DNA of 63,723 nt, the filler included, from Sphacelaria rigidula (lineage: Eukaryota): assembly GCA_964200075.2 (NCBI GenBank). It is 9 parts of 9 records of this genome, joined end to end, with 100 filler letters (N's around TTAATTAATTAA, not from the genome) between each part and the next. Parts side by side here need not be neighbours in the genome. Positions count along the whole stretch, not along the records: positions 7,094 to 14,086 come from CAXNAA020017049.1; positions 14,187 to 21,178 come from CAXNAA020017050.1; positions 21,279 to 28,270 come from CAXNAA020017051.1; 6 more parts are not named here. One strand, 5' to 3'. The position numbers and the translations under genes are program-made. Each line of letters begins with the position of its first letter. Position 1 is the first letter of the stretch. The notes beneath the pieces were generated by a model. It was not told the DNA's origin. It searched no databases and saw only the letters and a program-made list of their open reading frames with translations. This document shows positions 12,006-24,339 of this stretch, one piece after another.

Positions 12006-12499
12006 GTGAGAAAGATAGAGATGGGGGGAGTGTCTGTGTGTACTTTTGGGGGGGAGGGGGCGGAGGGGAGTCAATGGATGATGACAATTCATCAGTGTCC
12101 GTTGTTTTTGTTCTTCATATTTTCGTCTGTTTGGTTTTACTCGGCGAACTCTTACGATCGACTCTCGTGTGTGTATTTGTGCGTGTATTTTCTTGTTCGT
12201 TTATAACCCTTTTGGAGCCATTGATGGGAAAAATGACGATTCACAATTGACGTTTTCTTGGGCAAGATACGGTTGTTTTTCCGCAACTGTTGATGATGCA
12301 GCCCACCAAAACGGTGCACCACTCTAAGTTCAAGTAAACTGATGTGACATATTCATGCATCGACTCGAAGTGACGTTTCCCCGGTGATGAAACATTGCAT
12401 GTGGGAGTTTGTACTGTTTTTCGTGAGTTCGAAAAGGGTTAATGGGGAGAACTGTAGCACGGTTCGGACAAATCAGAGTTCATACGGGTTGACTCGCCG

Positions 12500-13070
12500 T
12501 GAATGTTGAATGCGAATCATGTACCAAAGAGTCATCCGGTATAAATCACGGATGGTGAAGCTGTATGTTCAACGTCATACCGCACGAATCACGGTCTGGG
12601 AATGTATACACTCCACTAGTATCAGACGAATCAAGAGTGCAACATATGTACGAATAATAACAGTTCCTGTTTGAATCTTGGGTGGGAAACATGCACACTT
12701 CATGAATCTCGTATGAATCGAAGGTAGGGAGCATGTACGTACGATTCATGCTGCATGAACGAAGATTTGTCGGAAATATGTACGCTTGATTTTCCCTCTC
12801 ATGGATGGAAGACGGAGAACATGTACCTATGATTCATGCTGCATGAACGGGAACTTGGAGACGTGTACGTGTGATTCACCTCGTATGAATGGATGGTGCA
12901 GAACTCGTGCCTATGATTTATGCTGCATGGATGGAAGGGAAGATACATGTACGCTTGATTCGCCTCGTATGAATGGAAGGTGGAAAGCATGTAACTATGA
13001 TTCATGCTCACGAACGCAGAATTGAAAACATACACATGAATCACATGATCCATGCTGTGTGAATCATGGG
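12500..13070. repeat. Degenerate 42-bp tandem array with alternating A/B units (84-bp higher order)
   Basis: Units start at 12819, 12861, 12903, 12945 and 12987 (exact 42-bp steps), with more diverged units upstream. Cores alternate TTCATGCTGCATGAA and TTCACCTCGTATGAA. Confidence 0.85.
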
Positions 13071-14289
13071 CAAACAATCAGCTAGAAGAATCACTCTAGG
13101 CACGCAGATGCGTGCTGTGCTATGCTGTACCGTACTGCCCGCGGACTGCAGAATACGCTGCCGGGGTTTACTCTCGCGAGCATGCGAGGACAACTCTTGC
13201 TGGTGCTGTGTTCTTCGCAAGTGTTCGTTGTATTGTATACTTTCTCTGTCTCTTAAGTCAGGGTACCTATGGGCAATACGTTGTCTGGGTACAGCCGTGT
13301 TAGTGAGGATAGTATAGTCGGGGTCAGCAGAAAGATAAAACGAAGACGAAGCTATAGAAAAAAGAAGAAAAAAAAACCAGGGTTCTATTCCTTTGCCAAA
13401 AATGGGTTGAAGTGTACCCTATTTTGGCCTATTTTGGGATTTTATTTCAGCATGTTTTTCTATAATGTTGAGAATTACCGAAAAATTCTCGAGAGCGTCC
13501 AAGTTTAGTACCCTACTTGTCCACTACACCAATCTAGCGATGGGCTCGCCCCCCGGCACACCCCCATCTCGCAAACGGGGCGCCGAGATATCGGTTGGTG
13601 GCCGCTGCGCAATGGCGGCAACGGTTTCCGACACTTTCTTTCCCGTGGGAAAGGCAAGAAATACGGCCATTTTGGGACCGACTGTTTTTTTTTCGGCCGT
13701 TCGGCCGCATGGTTGAAGTACCGGCCGAAAAAAAAACGTTTTTTACTCGAAAAACACCGAACATTTCAACAAAAAATCGAAAAACAGATCGATATATGTT
13801 TTTGAGGGCCCGTACAAATTTAAGTACCCTCGAGACAGAGGTAATAGAGTATGTTGAGGTCAAGTGTGCCACATAATACAAAATGAAACCGCAAAGGCTG
13901 CCAATAGTATAGCTCGAGGGGGGAAACGTGTCAAGAAAAACCTCTCTGGGCACGCGTCTGCGTGTGTTGTACTACTATAGTTGATGTGTTGCGTCTGAAT
14001 ATTGTGTTGCGTTGTGTGTTGTCGTCCCATTTATTCTGGGCGCCAGTCTACACCTTTTCGGTATATGTGGGCGCATCAGCCGGGGTNNNNNNNNNNNNNN
14101 NNNNNNNNNNNNNNNNNNNNNNNNNNNNNNTTAATTAATTAANNNNNNNNNNNNNNNNNNNNNNNNNNNNNNNNNNNNNNNNNNNNATGTGCGGCGGAAT
14201 TAGCCAAAAGAAAACGGCTAAAATTGGATTTTCGGTCACAGCCAGTTTTGTGCTGCGTGGTGCCGCACAAGCTGTGGCAAAATGCCCGA

Positions 14290-14908
14290 GCTCAATACTT
14301 CGTCGTTTTCGATGAAATTTTGACATGATCTACAGGAAGTATGTGCAAACACCCCTTCGTTCCTCCCGTGTTTTTTTTCTCTATTCCGTGAGTTATTGGC
14401 AAATAAACATTTCAGAACATTTTGATTCGGATTAAAATTGCCAATAACTCACCCAGAAAGAAAAAAAAGGAGGAAAGGTTCGGTACTCGCACATACGTCC
14501 TGTGCATCGTGTGAAAAAATCATCTAAAACAGCTTGAAACTGGACAGCATAACTGCGTTTGAACTATTCGTAACTGGTCCACCTCCATATGCTAAAGTAA
14601 CCGCTTTTCGACGGAATGACGCATATTCTTCGCTCAATTTTGGATGGTTTTCGATGAAGTTTTGACACGATGCACAAGACGTTTGTGTGAATACCAAACC
14701 TTCCATCTCCAGTTTTTTATTTTTATTTCTTCGTGAGTTATTGGCAAGTTTGTTCCGAAAAGCTGTTCTGAAATTTTCCGTCGACAGTAAGTCGCGAAGA
14801 AATTATTTAAAAAAAAACAGGGGATGGGAGGTTTGGTATTCGCATATACGTCCTGTACATCGTGTCAAAATTTCATCGAAAACCATCCAAAATTGAGCGA
14901 AGAATATG
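14290..14908. mobile_element. Two adjacent foldback/MITE copies (~14290-14535 older; 14622-14908 better preserved)
   Basis: CATATTCTTCGCTCAATTTTGGATGGTTTTCGATGAA at 14622 is the reverse complement of the sequence ending at 14908. The upstream copy has the same arms. Confidence 0.75.
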
Positions 14909-15851
14909 TGTTTCAACATTCCTGGTGGCTTCTTGGGCGGCCCAGCTCGTACTGTTCCTGTGATGTGGCTTAGCACGTCTGCCAAGTGTTGGGCGGGTAT
15001 GACCTCCGGACTGCAGCACAACCGTACTCCGGTGCGGTGCGTCACCCGGGACTGCATACAGTATGTAGATAATTTACAGCTGGTGCTGAGTTTTGTTTTA
15101 TGCAATTCAGAGGCCGCGGTGCTTAGTTTTGCTGTGGGCACAAAGTTGAACACACTTGGTCCGTTGCGTCCCCTTTTTGGATAAAACTATTCCAACAGCA
15201 CCGGGGCGACATTTTGGTACGAGCATGACGTATGTTGATGGATTCTTCTGTGGCCTTCCACCGTAAAAATGGTTGTTATTGTCTTTTCCCATATTTTCTT
15301 CCCTGTAAGCGCTTGGAATAAGGAGGCGTTTGGACCGGGGACGGGAGGGAAGGGTTCTCAAAGGGTTGAAGCAGCGTACGTGGCGATTCCGAGACTCTCG
15401 AGAAAGCGCGTCGTGGAGAGGTGCAACTTAATTATTGTTATTATCATCATCATCATCATCATCATCATAATAACTGTGATAATTTTTTTCATTATATCCG
15501 TCACGTTAGCTTGATCTCTCGAACCCGTGGTCACAGAGTGCAAGGAGCATACACCCATACCCATAGCTCAAACAGCCCGCAGAGGAAGCAACTGGGAGCT
15601 GGGGATAGAGCAAGGAAGGCGAATATCAAACACGAAATGCGCATTTTTTGTCGTCGGAATCGAAAACCGAGTGTTTAAGCTCAAGTGTATGCACCTGGAT
15701 GGACGAGCACGTGTTACGGTATTCCGTTCACCCGTTCGCCTGATATCTGCACAAAAATAGCCTATCGATGTTTCTACTTTCCAACAACCCGCACTGTCGG
15801 GGCTTCGGTCTTTCCATTGCACATTGGTGTTTCCATCAATGCGATTGGCAG

Positions 15852-18319
15852 GAAAACAGTGGCTGCCTTCTCAATTTTGCATGAATTGCATTGCGGAGTT
15901 GCGCAAGAGGCAGTGGCCCAACTACGAGGAATCTCTTGGCAAAGCTACATGCAAGGCAAGTGAAATCCGCCGCGTGGTCCAGTTGACCAGCCTGTTCGGC
16001 GACTATGCGAGCCAATCAATGCTTGCAACTCCCCCCTTGTTGTTCCATGAGGTGGGACTGCGTTCGTTTTTATTTTCTATTTCGGAAACCGACGCCAGTG
16101 TTTGCCGCCAGTATTATCAAGGCCGTATCAAAGACGTTCACAGCGGCTTTCCAACGCTTGGGAGATGCGCCAAAAGGCACGGCAAGAGCGCACTTCCCGT
16201 CCTTAGGCCAACTCTACTGGGAGCCGTCAAAATTCCAGTCGAAAACTGGCTTTTGGGTCCTTCTCCGTCGATTTACTCTCGAAAAGAGGGCTAGGCGGAT
16301 GTTGACGCCTTGGAATGACTTGCTCTACTCGTTGAGACCGTTTTGGGATAACTCTGCATTTCCCGCTGGCCGCACTTTTGTTTTTGACCAAATCAGGCCA
16401 AACACGAATTTCCAGTAAAAAACGGTCAGGTGATCAAAATCCCCCCCTGTTTTCTTATCGCTTGACCGTGGTTTGTTGAAAATCTGTGTTCGGCCAAAAA
16501 TGAAAGTGCGACCAGCGAGAAATGCAAATTTGCCCTGGAACGGCTTCAATGAGTAGAGCAAGTCCTTCCCAGGCGTCAACAGTCGCCTAGCCCTCTTTTC
16601 GGGCGTATAACGACGGGGAAGGGCCATCAAGGCAGTTTTGAACAGGAATTTTGAACGGCTCCCATTAGAGTCGGTCTTACAGAGCATAGAGAGGACAACA
16701 CCCCGATCACTATAAACGGGACAAATCGTGTCATTTCGAATGTATTACTACTACTTGTAAGATCAGCACGTCTCTGAATCAAACCGCCCATGGGTAAGTT
16801 CTTCACCACACGCAGCAGTTAGCAGTGGTTTTCCTGCGTCTCCCTGATTTGTAGGGTAAGTAGAAAATCCCACTAATGCGGGACGCGCATGTGAACGAAA
16901 CCTTGACGATTTGGCGTCGTGTGCTGCATGTATCTCGAACACACAGGCTCAGCAGAAACGCATGCTTGGCGTCGGTCCTCCAACACATATCAATGTAAGT
17001 CCATCTCAAATGTGCTGGGGGGAGGCGGGGGGGTGTGCGGGGATGGAAATGCGCCCGGTGACTTGCGTTCCGTTGTCTCGCCTTCGCTCTAGCATTTCGC
17101 GTAGCTGGAGGTGCAAATTGCCTCTATCGGACGTACGAGTATACACGGTAGACGCCTGATATTTTAGCGACCTCTTTGTAGATGGTGAGCACACGCTTGA
17201 TGAAACGGAGCTGCGCGCAAAAATGAGGCTATTGGCGGAAAGTCAGGTACGCTTCCCATCACAACGATTGTCTGTACCTGCGGTACGTTTGGCGATGGCT
17301 TTGATCACCTAGCCCCGAATCCACATCACTTCGATGTTGCTCTTGCACTCTCCGCTGCTGTTACATGGGTGTTGCGGTTTGTTTTCGGCGAGCAGGACAA
17401 CAAAGCCCTCCCGTGTCCAGAGGGAGAGCAAGTTCACTCACTGTGGTATATGTCGGACGGAAAGGTATGTGGGGGTATCTGAATTTATCTTGAATGTGTA
17501 CGAATGGGTGTAAAGGTACCCTTGCGAGAAATCAGATTACTGCGGTCGATCATGCAGATGACAATGAGGCGTAAGCTGCGCTCATCAAAGTGGCAGATAC
17601 GCCCCCTCGGGTACCTCGCATTTTTGGCGTTTTGGTTGTTCAGCTTATACCTTGGAAAATTTTCCCCCCGCTGCTTAGTGATATGTGAAGATATCTACTG
17701 TTTGTGAAAATAGCCGACCAGTAAACGCGAAACGTGATACCCTCACCACCCGCCCTTTCCCCACCCTAATCCCCGCCCCCACTGCTCGCACCGCCGCTGT
17801 CGGTGGTGTGATTGTGTACCCATGTCTTTGCAGGTTCACTCGGCTCTTCTCGATGGCGCCCCGCAGGGAGAAGCTAGACAGATCTGGTGGGACGAGAAGT
17901 TGGCGTTTCAGTTCGATGAAGACGAGGAGGAGCCGCCAACTGAAACTACTAAATCTACCGAAGCTGCGCCAACAGTGGAAGGGGCAGCGAATTTGGCGGC
18001 AGTCGTCCTAGAAAAAAACAGTGAAGAGACTTTGAATGCAAATGTTGTCGGTGAGCCTATGGAAGTGGAACCCACGACCGGTACCGAGAACACAGCTACG
18101 GCAACACCGGCCAATGATATTATTGCTACTACTCGCACCGAGATTGAAACTTCTACGGATCCTGCACGACTGGAAAAGGGCGCCGACGGTAAGGCAACAA
18201 GATCGACAAATACTGAAGCTACGACTGCCACAAGTAACGAAGAGGTCAGCATGAATGCAACGCCCATTACCAGCATTGCCACTAGCGATTCCGCGCAGAC
18301 CTCGGTAGAGTTGCCGTGA
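15852..18319 (+). CDS. Hypothetical protein, exons 15852-15955, 16947-16994, 17396-17464, 17834-18319 (5' exon not found)
   Basis: Phase-consistent splicing gives 'GKQWLPSQFCMNCIAELRKRQWPNYEESLGKATCK|AQQKRMLGVGPPTHIN|DNKALPCPEGEQVHSLWYMSDGK|VHSALLDGAPQGEARQIWWDEKLAFQF' plus a T/E/A-rich tail. The first donor is AG|GCAAGT (GC-AG); the others are GTAAGT and GTATGT. Confidence 0.78.
16206..16676. mobile_element. Tourist/PIF-Harbinger-like foldback MITE in an intron
   Basis: TTA|GGCCAACTCT...AGAGTCGGTC|TTA gives a 3-bp TTA TSD. The element is almost entirely self-complementary. Copies at 36512-36979 and 56776-57197. Confidence 0.85.
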
Positions 18320-19453
18320 TGATGGCTTGCAATTTTGAGGCGCAGGGCACGTGTGGGACGAGCGGGGCAAAGAGAGAAGAGCAGCGGTGTTGGTGGCGAT
18401 TGAGGGGTATCGCAGGAGAGCGTCCGCCCTCGGCAGCCGGGCTGAAATTTTCAAGTGCTTTGGTGCCATCATGGTTGACGCGTCATCTACACCCTTTTCC
18501 GGCTTGGTCATGAAATTTGTCATTTCCTACAAGCTGCCCCGCCCCCCACGTCGTTACGCGAGGTTCGTGTCGGCATGGGGTTCCATTCTCACCTTCCTCC
18601 ATGTAAGGGGTAATACGAGGAGCCGGATAAACCTGGGCCCAAGACGCTTCTCGTTGTGGCCAGTGATTGTGAACTTGGGTTTTTTCCAAGCAGCGAAAGT
18701 TAGTTGCTCGTTAGCTAGAGGTCGTATATTGGCCCCCGAGCAGCCCCTCATTTTTTACCCTTTTTGGAGTTTCCTGTTTGGGCTGCTTCTGATGCATCAA
18801 AATATCAAATATTACGTGTGTACTCGTGCAATGAAGTCACAGCACGACAAAATTGTATAGATCCTTCCCCCCCCTCCCATCTTTGTCACGGGCGTTTTGA
18901 GTCACTTTGGTACCATGAAGAGCAGCTCTGTCGTGGGGGCTGCGTGAAAAGTTTATTTCTAACTGTATGGTGTCCTTACGCCACGCAGACACCCTAGTGT
19001 CTTCCGTTTCGGAGTGAAGGGCTGTCTGGTGCGGGCGAATGTATTATCTGCTTGAGCCTGTTCGGTGCGCGTGCGCAAGAACTGAATAGTACAACTCGTG
19101 TGCCCGCCATCATCCCTCAACGAACAATGTTTCTCGCTGAGTCGAGAGCGTTGGAAGCGAGCCGGCTTAATACATGTACTGATGGACTACCTTTCACCAC
19201 ATATTTCCCGACCGCGGGGTATTTTCTCGATTTTCCTGGCCAAAATCTCGCTGGCCGAGTTCTGACTTGAATCGAAAAAAACAACAACTAAACATTCCGA
19301 CTGAGAATTCGGTTGAGGCGCTGACTCCCAGGGGCTTTTCACGATATCAATCCCCCTTTAACTGGAAAATGGCCAATTTATCTTCTAGATTATTACCGCT
19401 TCGAGGTAATCAAGATGGGCCGTCAGAAACAACAGCACAGAAACTGCGTCCAT

Positions 19454-19535
19454 ACTGTCGTTAACGTACTCATTTGTTGCTTGCCTTAGTCGTTTGACCA
19501 TTGACCACGCATCCCTTTCGAGACTGTCGTTAACG
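19454..19535. repeat. Short dispersed repeat core flanked by a 13-bp direct repeat; other copies ~10493-10560, 22756-22823, 56568-56633
   Basis: Core CGTACTCATTTGTTGCTTGCCTTAGTCGTTTGACCATTGACCACGCATCCCTTTCGAGAC is found in four contigs. ACTGTCGTTAACG occurs at 19454-19466 and 19523-19535. Confidence 0.85.
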
Positions 19536-20315
19536 GGGGTAAAAGAAACTTGCGGCTGGATCGGGTAAAGTCCGACTTCGCAAACGCCAAATGAAGTGTC
19601 AGTACTTCGACCGAAGGGTCCTCATCGATTCATTTGAATTCAGACCACATTGCGGGTTGATCTTGTCCCACTCTTGTTTCGGCTATTTTACAACACTGAA
19701 GACCTCGTTGAGACTCGTCAAGTTAGTGGATGGCAGGTATGACTGCATGGAAGACATTCAACGCGTTGATGTCTCAAGTGGAGGCTGAGCCCATGGTTCT
19801 TCCAGGTATAGAAAAGTAGCCGTGCCCCGGAGCGGTATCCACCGTTTTGTTTTGTCGTAAATGAACGGTAGCATTACTGTTCAGGGTGCACGAACGAAAC
19901 ATGTTTTGAATCTATCACGGGGGGGGGGGGGGGGGGGCAGGGTACGAGACCACGATCGCCACCACCCAAACGCCGTACAAACTCCTATAAAACCGATCCC
20001 ATACTGCAACTGTTTACAAAATGAGGCGGCGTCGGAAGAGGGGTACCTCCCCCCCCCCGTAATATGTGTACGATCAACGCACCGCCCCTGATACGTCGGT
20101 GCATAAATAAAATAAAAATACATGTATGAGAAATAAAAATAAGGTGAAATAAATTTAATGGAAGTAAAAGGATAAAGAAAAGGAAAAATAGACTTGAGGG
20201 AATAAAAATACAAAAAAATAATGAAGAAAACTTGAAGAAAAGAAAACAATACAAATTAATGAAATAGCGACAAGAGAATTCCAATTTCTCTTAGTGAATT
20301 CTGTTTCTGCTCCGA

Positions 20316-20425
20316 CACGGGTGGCCACTGGGGCGCCTGTACCCTCAAATTTGGACGTTACAGACCTTGTGCAACGTCTGTAACGTCTAAATTTGAGGTT
20401 GCAGGCACCCCAGTGGCCACCCGTG
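20316..20425. repeat. 110-bp near-perfect hairpin
   Basis: CACGGGTGGCCACTGGGGCGCCTGTACCCTCAAATTTGGACGTTACAGAC pairs with GTCTGTAACGTCTAAATTTGAGGTTGCAGGCACCCCAGTGGCCACCCGTG. Confidence 0.88.
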
Positions 20426-21329
20426 GAGTAAATAATTCGACTACAGTAACGGTTTTATTGCGACATCTCTTTGCGACATTTCTCGAGTCTAAAACCCCTA
20501 TTGATTTCGGTTTGGGGGGGGAAAACTGCGTCAAACAGAAACCCAACGCATCCTGCTCCAAGGGGCACCTGGACACGGCAGTTTCTGCTGCCTACCTAGT
20601 GGCATCCTCCAAATCGAAGTCTTGAGTGAGAACGCCCAGCGTGTAGCTGCTTGACGCGACCACTACGTTCTGCCGCGGACCCTTCCCCACGTACCCCACA
20701 AGGGGGCAACATCCCCGTACAGACAATAGCAATGCTAGCGGATATTACGTCCTGACGGTCTGGTAGACGGCAACGTGGTTATGGTAGTGTCCTTCCAGCG
20801 ATATCAACTGACAGTGCACTGGAGTAGAGTTCGCAGGTGACTATTTCGGCAAGTGCCCCACCTGCAGTTCGCCCAGATGTTGCGAATTTTTTCACGACCT
20901 CACTGATAAATAATGCGTACATGTGGAAATGTACCAGACCCTGGGCAAAGATTTCTACAGTCAGTACGACTACGATGTTGAAAGTGTACCGCGCACAGTA
21001 TGTTGTGTGTGTTGTCGTCACATCTATTCTGAACGCCGGTCTCCCCCTTTCGGTGTACGTGGGCGCACCAGCCGGGGTCACACAGGAGGAAGGCCACCAC
21101 AGGAGTTTTCCTAGGTAGGCAGCCATTACAGCGGCGGAGGCGGCCTTTCACTCCTGCGTGCGTCATCTGGGGCAAACGNNNNNNNNNNNNNNNNNNNNNN
21201 NNNNNNNNNNNNNNNNNNNNNNTTAATTAATTAANNNNNNNNNNNNNNNNNNNNNNNNNNNNNNNNNNNNNNNNNNNNAACACACCACGGCGCTTCGCGC
21301 TCGGTGGTCCGAGTGCAAGCCTGGTCCAG

Positions 21330-21420
21330 TGAAAACCCGGCGTGCTCCATCCCGGCTTTGTAGGGATGCGAGATCAATGGTCTGATGACTATGGTATGCA
21401 TGATCATGAGTATACCCCCC
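21330..21420. repeat. Dispersed repeat fragment (probable retroelement remnant); copies ~21835-21900, 28835-28915, 49644-49710
   Basis: Shared (AAAACCCGGC..)TCCCGGCTTTGTRGGGAT..TCAATGGTCTKATGACTATGGYATGCATGATCATGAGTA. Confidence 0.7.
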
Positions 21421-24302
21421 AGGATTCCCTCTATTGAGGGTTGGCGTCGGTTGGTGATGACGCTGTAAAACACGCCACTCATTGCATCAGCTAGGCAACC
21501 AGGTTACCGGGTTTCTTTGGCTTGCATTTTGTTTTGCGGTAACAATGGTGGTGATCGAGCGAAACCATATTGCGTGGGGTGGAAAAACGCAAACTCCGCG
21601 CAAAAAGGTTCATATGGTGAGACACCCATGAGGCAGTGTGTAATCCGTGGCTGTCTCTGAAAGTGGCGATACCAGAGAATGGAGTAACTCATTCGAGGCT
21701 GTCATCCGTGTGAAAGATACTTAGCACCCTTCGGGCCAAACAATCTTAGCAGGATGCAGCTCCCCCCTTACAGGACTCGCCGAATACATGACGGTGCTTC
21801 GCGCTTGGTGATTGATTACAAGCCTGGTTCGGCGAAAACCCGGCGTGTTCCGCCTCAGCATGGTCTCATCAATACGGCATGCAATGACATGAATACACCC
21901 CCTGCGGATTCCCATGGAAAGTCACCATCGTTTTCTACGACTGTGTCGTTGTTCCACCTCGAAGGATCATAACTCCCAGGGAAAAAAAGAGAAGAACCTC
22001 TACTGTACAAGTTTTCTCCCGCCTGACCAGGGGATCACGGCGAAGTAGCATGATTTGATTGTCCGATGAGCTTTAGTTTTTTTTTTTAATTTTCCCTCAT
22101 TTCTCGGCCGTCTTGCCTTCTCTACTCGAGATCCCGTGGTTGTGGCCATTCTGCATCTATCTACGGTTGGTTCACTGACCAAGGTCTAATTCGGTGAGGA
22201 TGAAGTCATATCAGCATATGAAAAATCAAGTAATCAAGCAACCAGGCTATCACGCATTCAATTTGCAGGAAAGTGCTCACCAGATGCCAACTGCCCCCCC
22301 CACCCCCACTCCCACCCCTCCTATTCATATCTGTGGATTCATCAGGCGGTCACCGTGGAAAACGGGAACGCTGCAAGGGGATCAATGGGGGGGAGTGTCG
22401 AGGGCCAGGACGAAGAGCGCTCAGTGACGTTCGTCACGGGAGGGGAGGGTGGGGCATAATGCGAGCTTGCTGTTCTGAGCTCGATTTTTCCGAATCTGTT
22501 TCGGAGTTTAGATTTGTTTGGGCACCACCCGGACTCCAACCATTGAGCTCTAGAGAGTTATTTTCCGACTTTTTTCGGAGTTTACGTTTGTTTGGACAAC
22601 CATAGAGAGCTACCTTTTTTCACGACCATTCAGCAAGCCGAAAATTTTTAACAATATGAAACATGGGCAGGTAGCAGTTCTGTATGGGTCTCCTGTGCTA
22701 AACAAAACGTTATGTGTCGTTAAAAATGCCCAAGTTTCAGAGGGGGGGGGGGGGGCGTACTTATTTATTGCTTGCCTTAGTCGTTTGACCATTGACCACG
22801 TATCCCTTTCGAGACGGAGCACCGCGTACAGGGGGGAGGGGGAGAGGGGTATTCACCTACTGCGGATGGGGACATGCTGTGTCGCACTTGGTTTGCCATC
22901 GATATCCCTAGATTTCTTCCCCTCACTTATCCTGACACCAGCAGTGGTGTGCCCAAAACAGTTTCGACCAACAATGAACCGTACCGGTCCATTGATGGAT
23001 TGTAGTTATCCTTTAGTCGTCCTATTTTAGTCCTTCGGAGTAGTAGTGGTATTGGCTGCACCTGTCAGGGTGAGATTGAGGTCCACATTGCTGTCGGCAT
23101 GGCGTTACCGTGGATCATCATATTTTTGCGTGTGCCGTTTGCGGCAGATCCGTTGACGTTTGTACAAACCTTTACCAAGCTTGAGAGATGGGTACATAGT
23201 AGTGTGGTTTGAATGAGTTTCACATGGGGACTTTGCCGGTTGAGCCATTGTGTGTGAGGAGTGGTAACTGTCTGCTGGCCGTGTTGCACTAATGTTTGTA
23301 CTGCAGTTCAATGTTTCATGACCGAAATCACCTCGGACGTCTTGGATGTTAATATCGGAGCCGACACAGATGATACGCTGTTCTCATCCTCTTGCATACG
23401 GCGGTTGTACTGTCTGTAACCATTTGCAGATTATTCTTGCATTTTTCATCACTGTAGATGAAGTTTGGTGCGGATGAGACTCTCCAAGTCTCTCTGTTCG
23501 TCAATCTGATCGTGATGATGTTTTTGTTTCAGTTTTTGAGGGAACGAGAAAAGTAGCGTAGAGTAGAGAGTAGAGATTGCGAGGGATGTGAACGATGTTG
23601 AGTGTTGAACCATATGTAATAGGTGAAATATGGAAAAATGGAAGCAACGCAGACGACAGAATCAGAGAAGCCGGAACAAAACTGTCAGAATAGTATAAAC
23701 GGCATATTCTATTTGTGAGTGCCTGTCTGTCTTTCTGTCTATCTGCCTGCCTATGGGTATAACTGTGTTCGATCATCTATCTGCGTTTCCCTGTCCGGTT
23801 TCCTTGTTGATTTCGTGTGTTTATGCGATGCAAACGCTCGACATCACGATATACACACAGACACACGCAGGAGCACAGGCACGAACGCAGGTCAAACACA
23901 CGCAGACACACGCAGACGCACGCAGCACAGCACGAGGAAAACACAACAGATACAGCTACTCAGTATCGCAACTACCCGCACAAGCGTGGTGGTGTTTTGG
24001 CCATCCTACTGAATACATCAACCCTTCTTGACAGTTATCCATTTGGGGGGCTGACATCAGCGATCCATCTCATTACTGCCTGCACAAGAGCGCCGCATAT
24101 TCGTCTATTATTGTAAATGTCTGCACTGTACGGTAGTGCAGAATAAGCGAAGATGAAAGTGTGTGTCGTTGTGTGTCTGTTGTCATCTCATCTATTCTGG
24201 ACCCAATCTGCACCTTACGGTAGGTATATATGGGCGAATCAATCGGGATCACACAGGATACGGGTCAGCGCAGGAGTTCGTTTTTGTTTACTAGTATTGC
24301 CG

Positions 24303-24339
<37 letters not shown>

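Noticed and set aside
12500..13070. CRISPR-like array
   Set aside because: Inter-palindrome segments are short and homologous to each other rather than unique spacers. There are no cas genes and the context is eukaryotic.
16005..16687. Repeated ORF 'LLRRFTPEKRARRLLTPWNDLLYSLRPF' in three contigs
   Set aside because: It is a translation of the palindromic MITE and appears on both strands, so it is not a protein family.
17168..17246. Extra exon in the hypothetical gene
   Set aside because: It has a good donor, but both candidate acceptors give non-triplet lengths (79 or 65 nt), and the flanking exons join cleanly without it.
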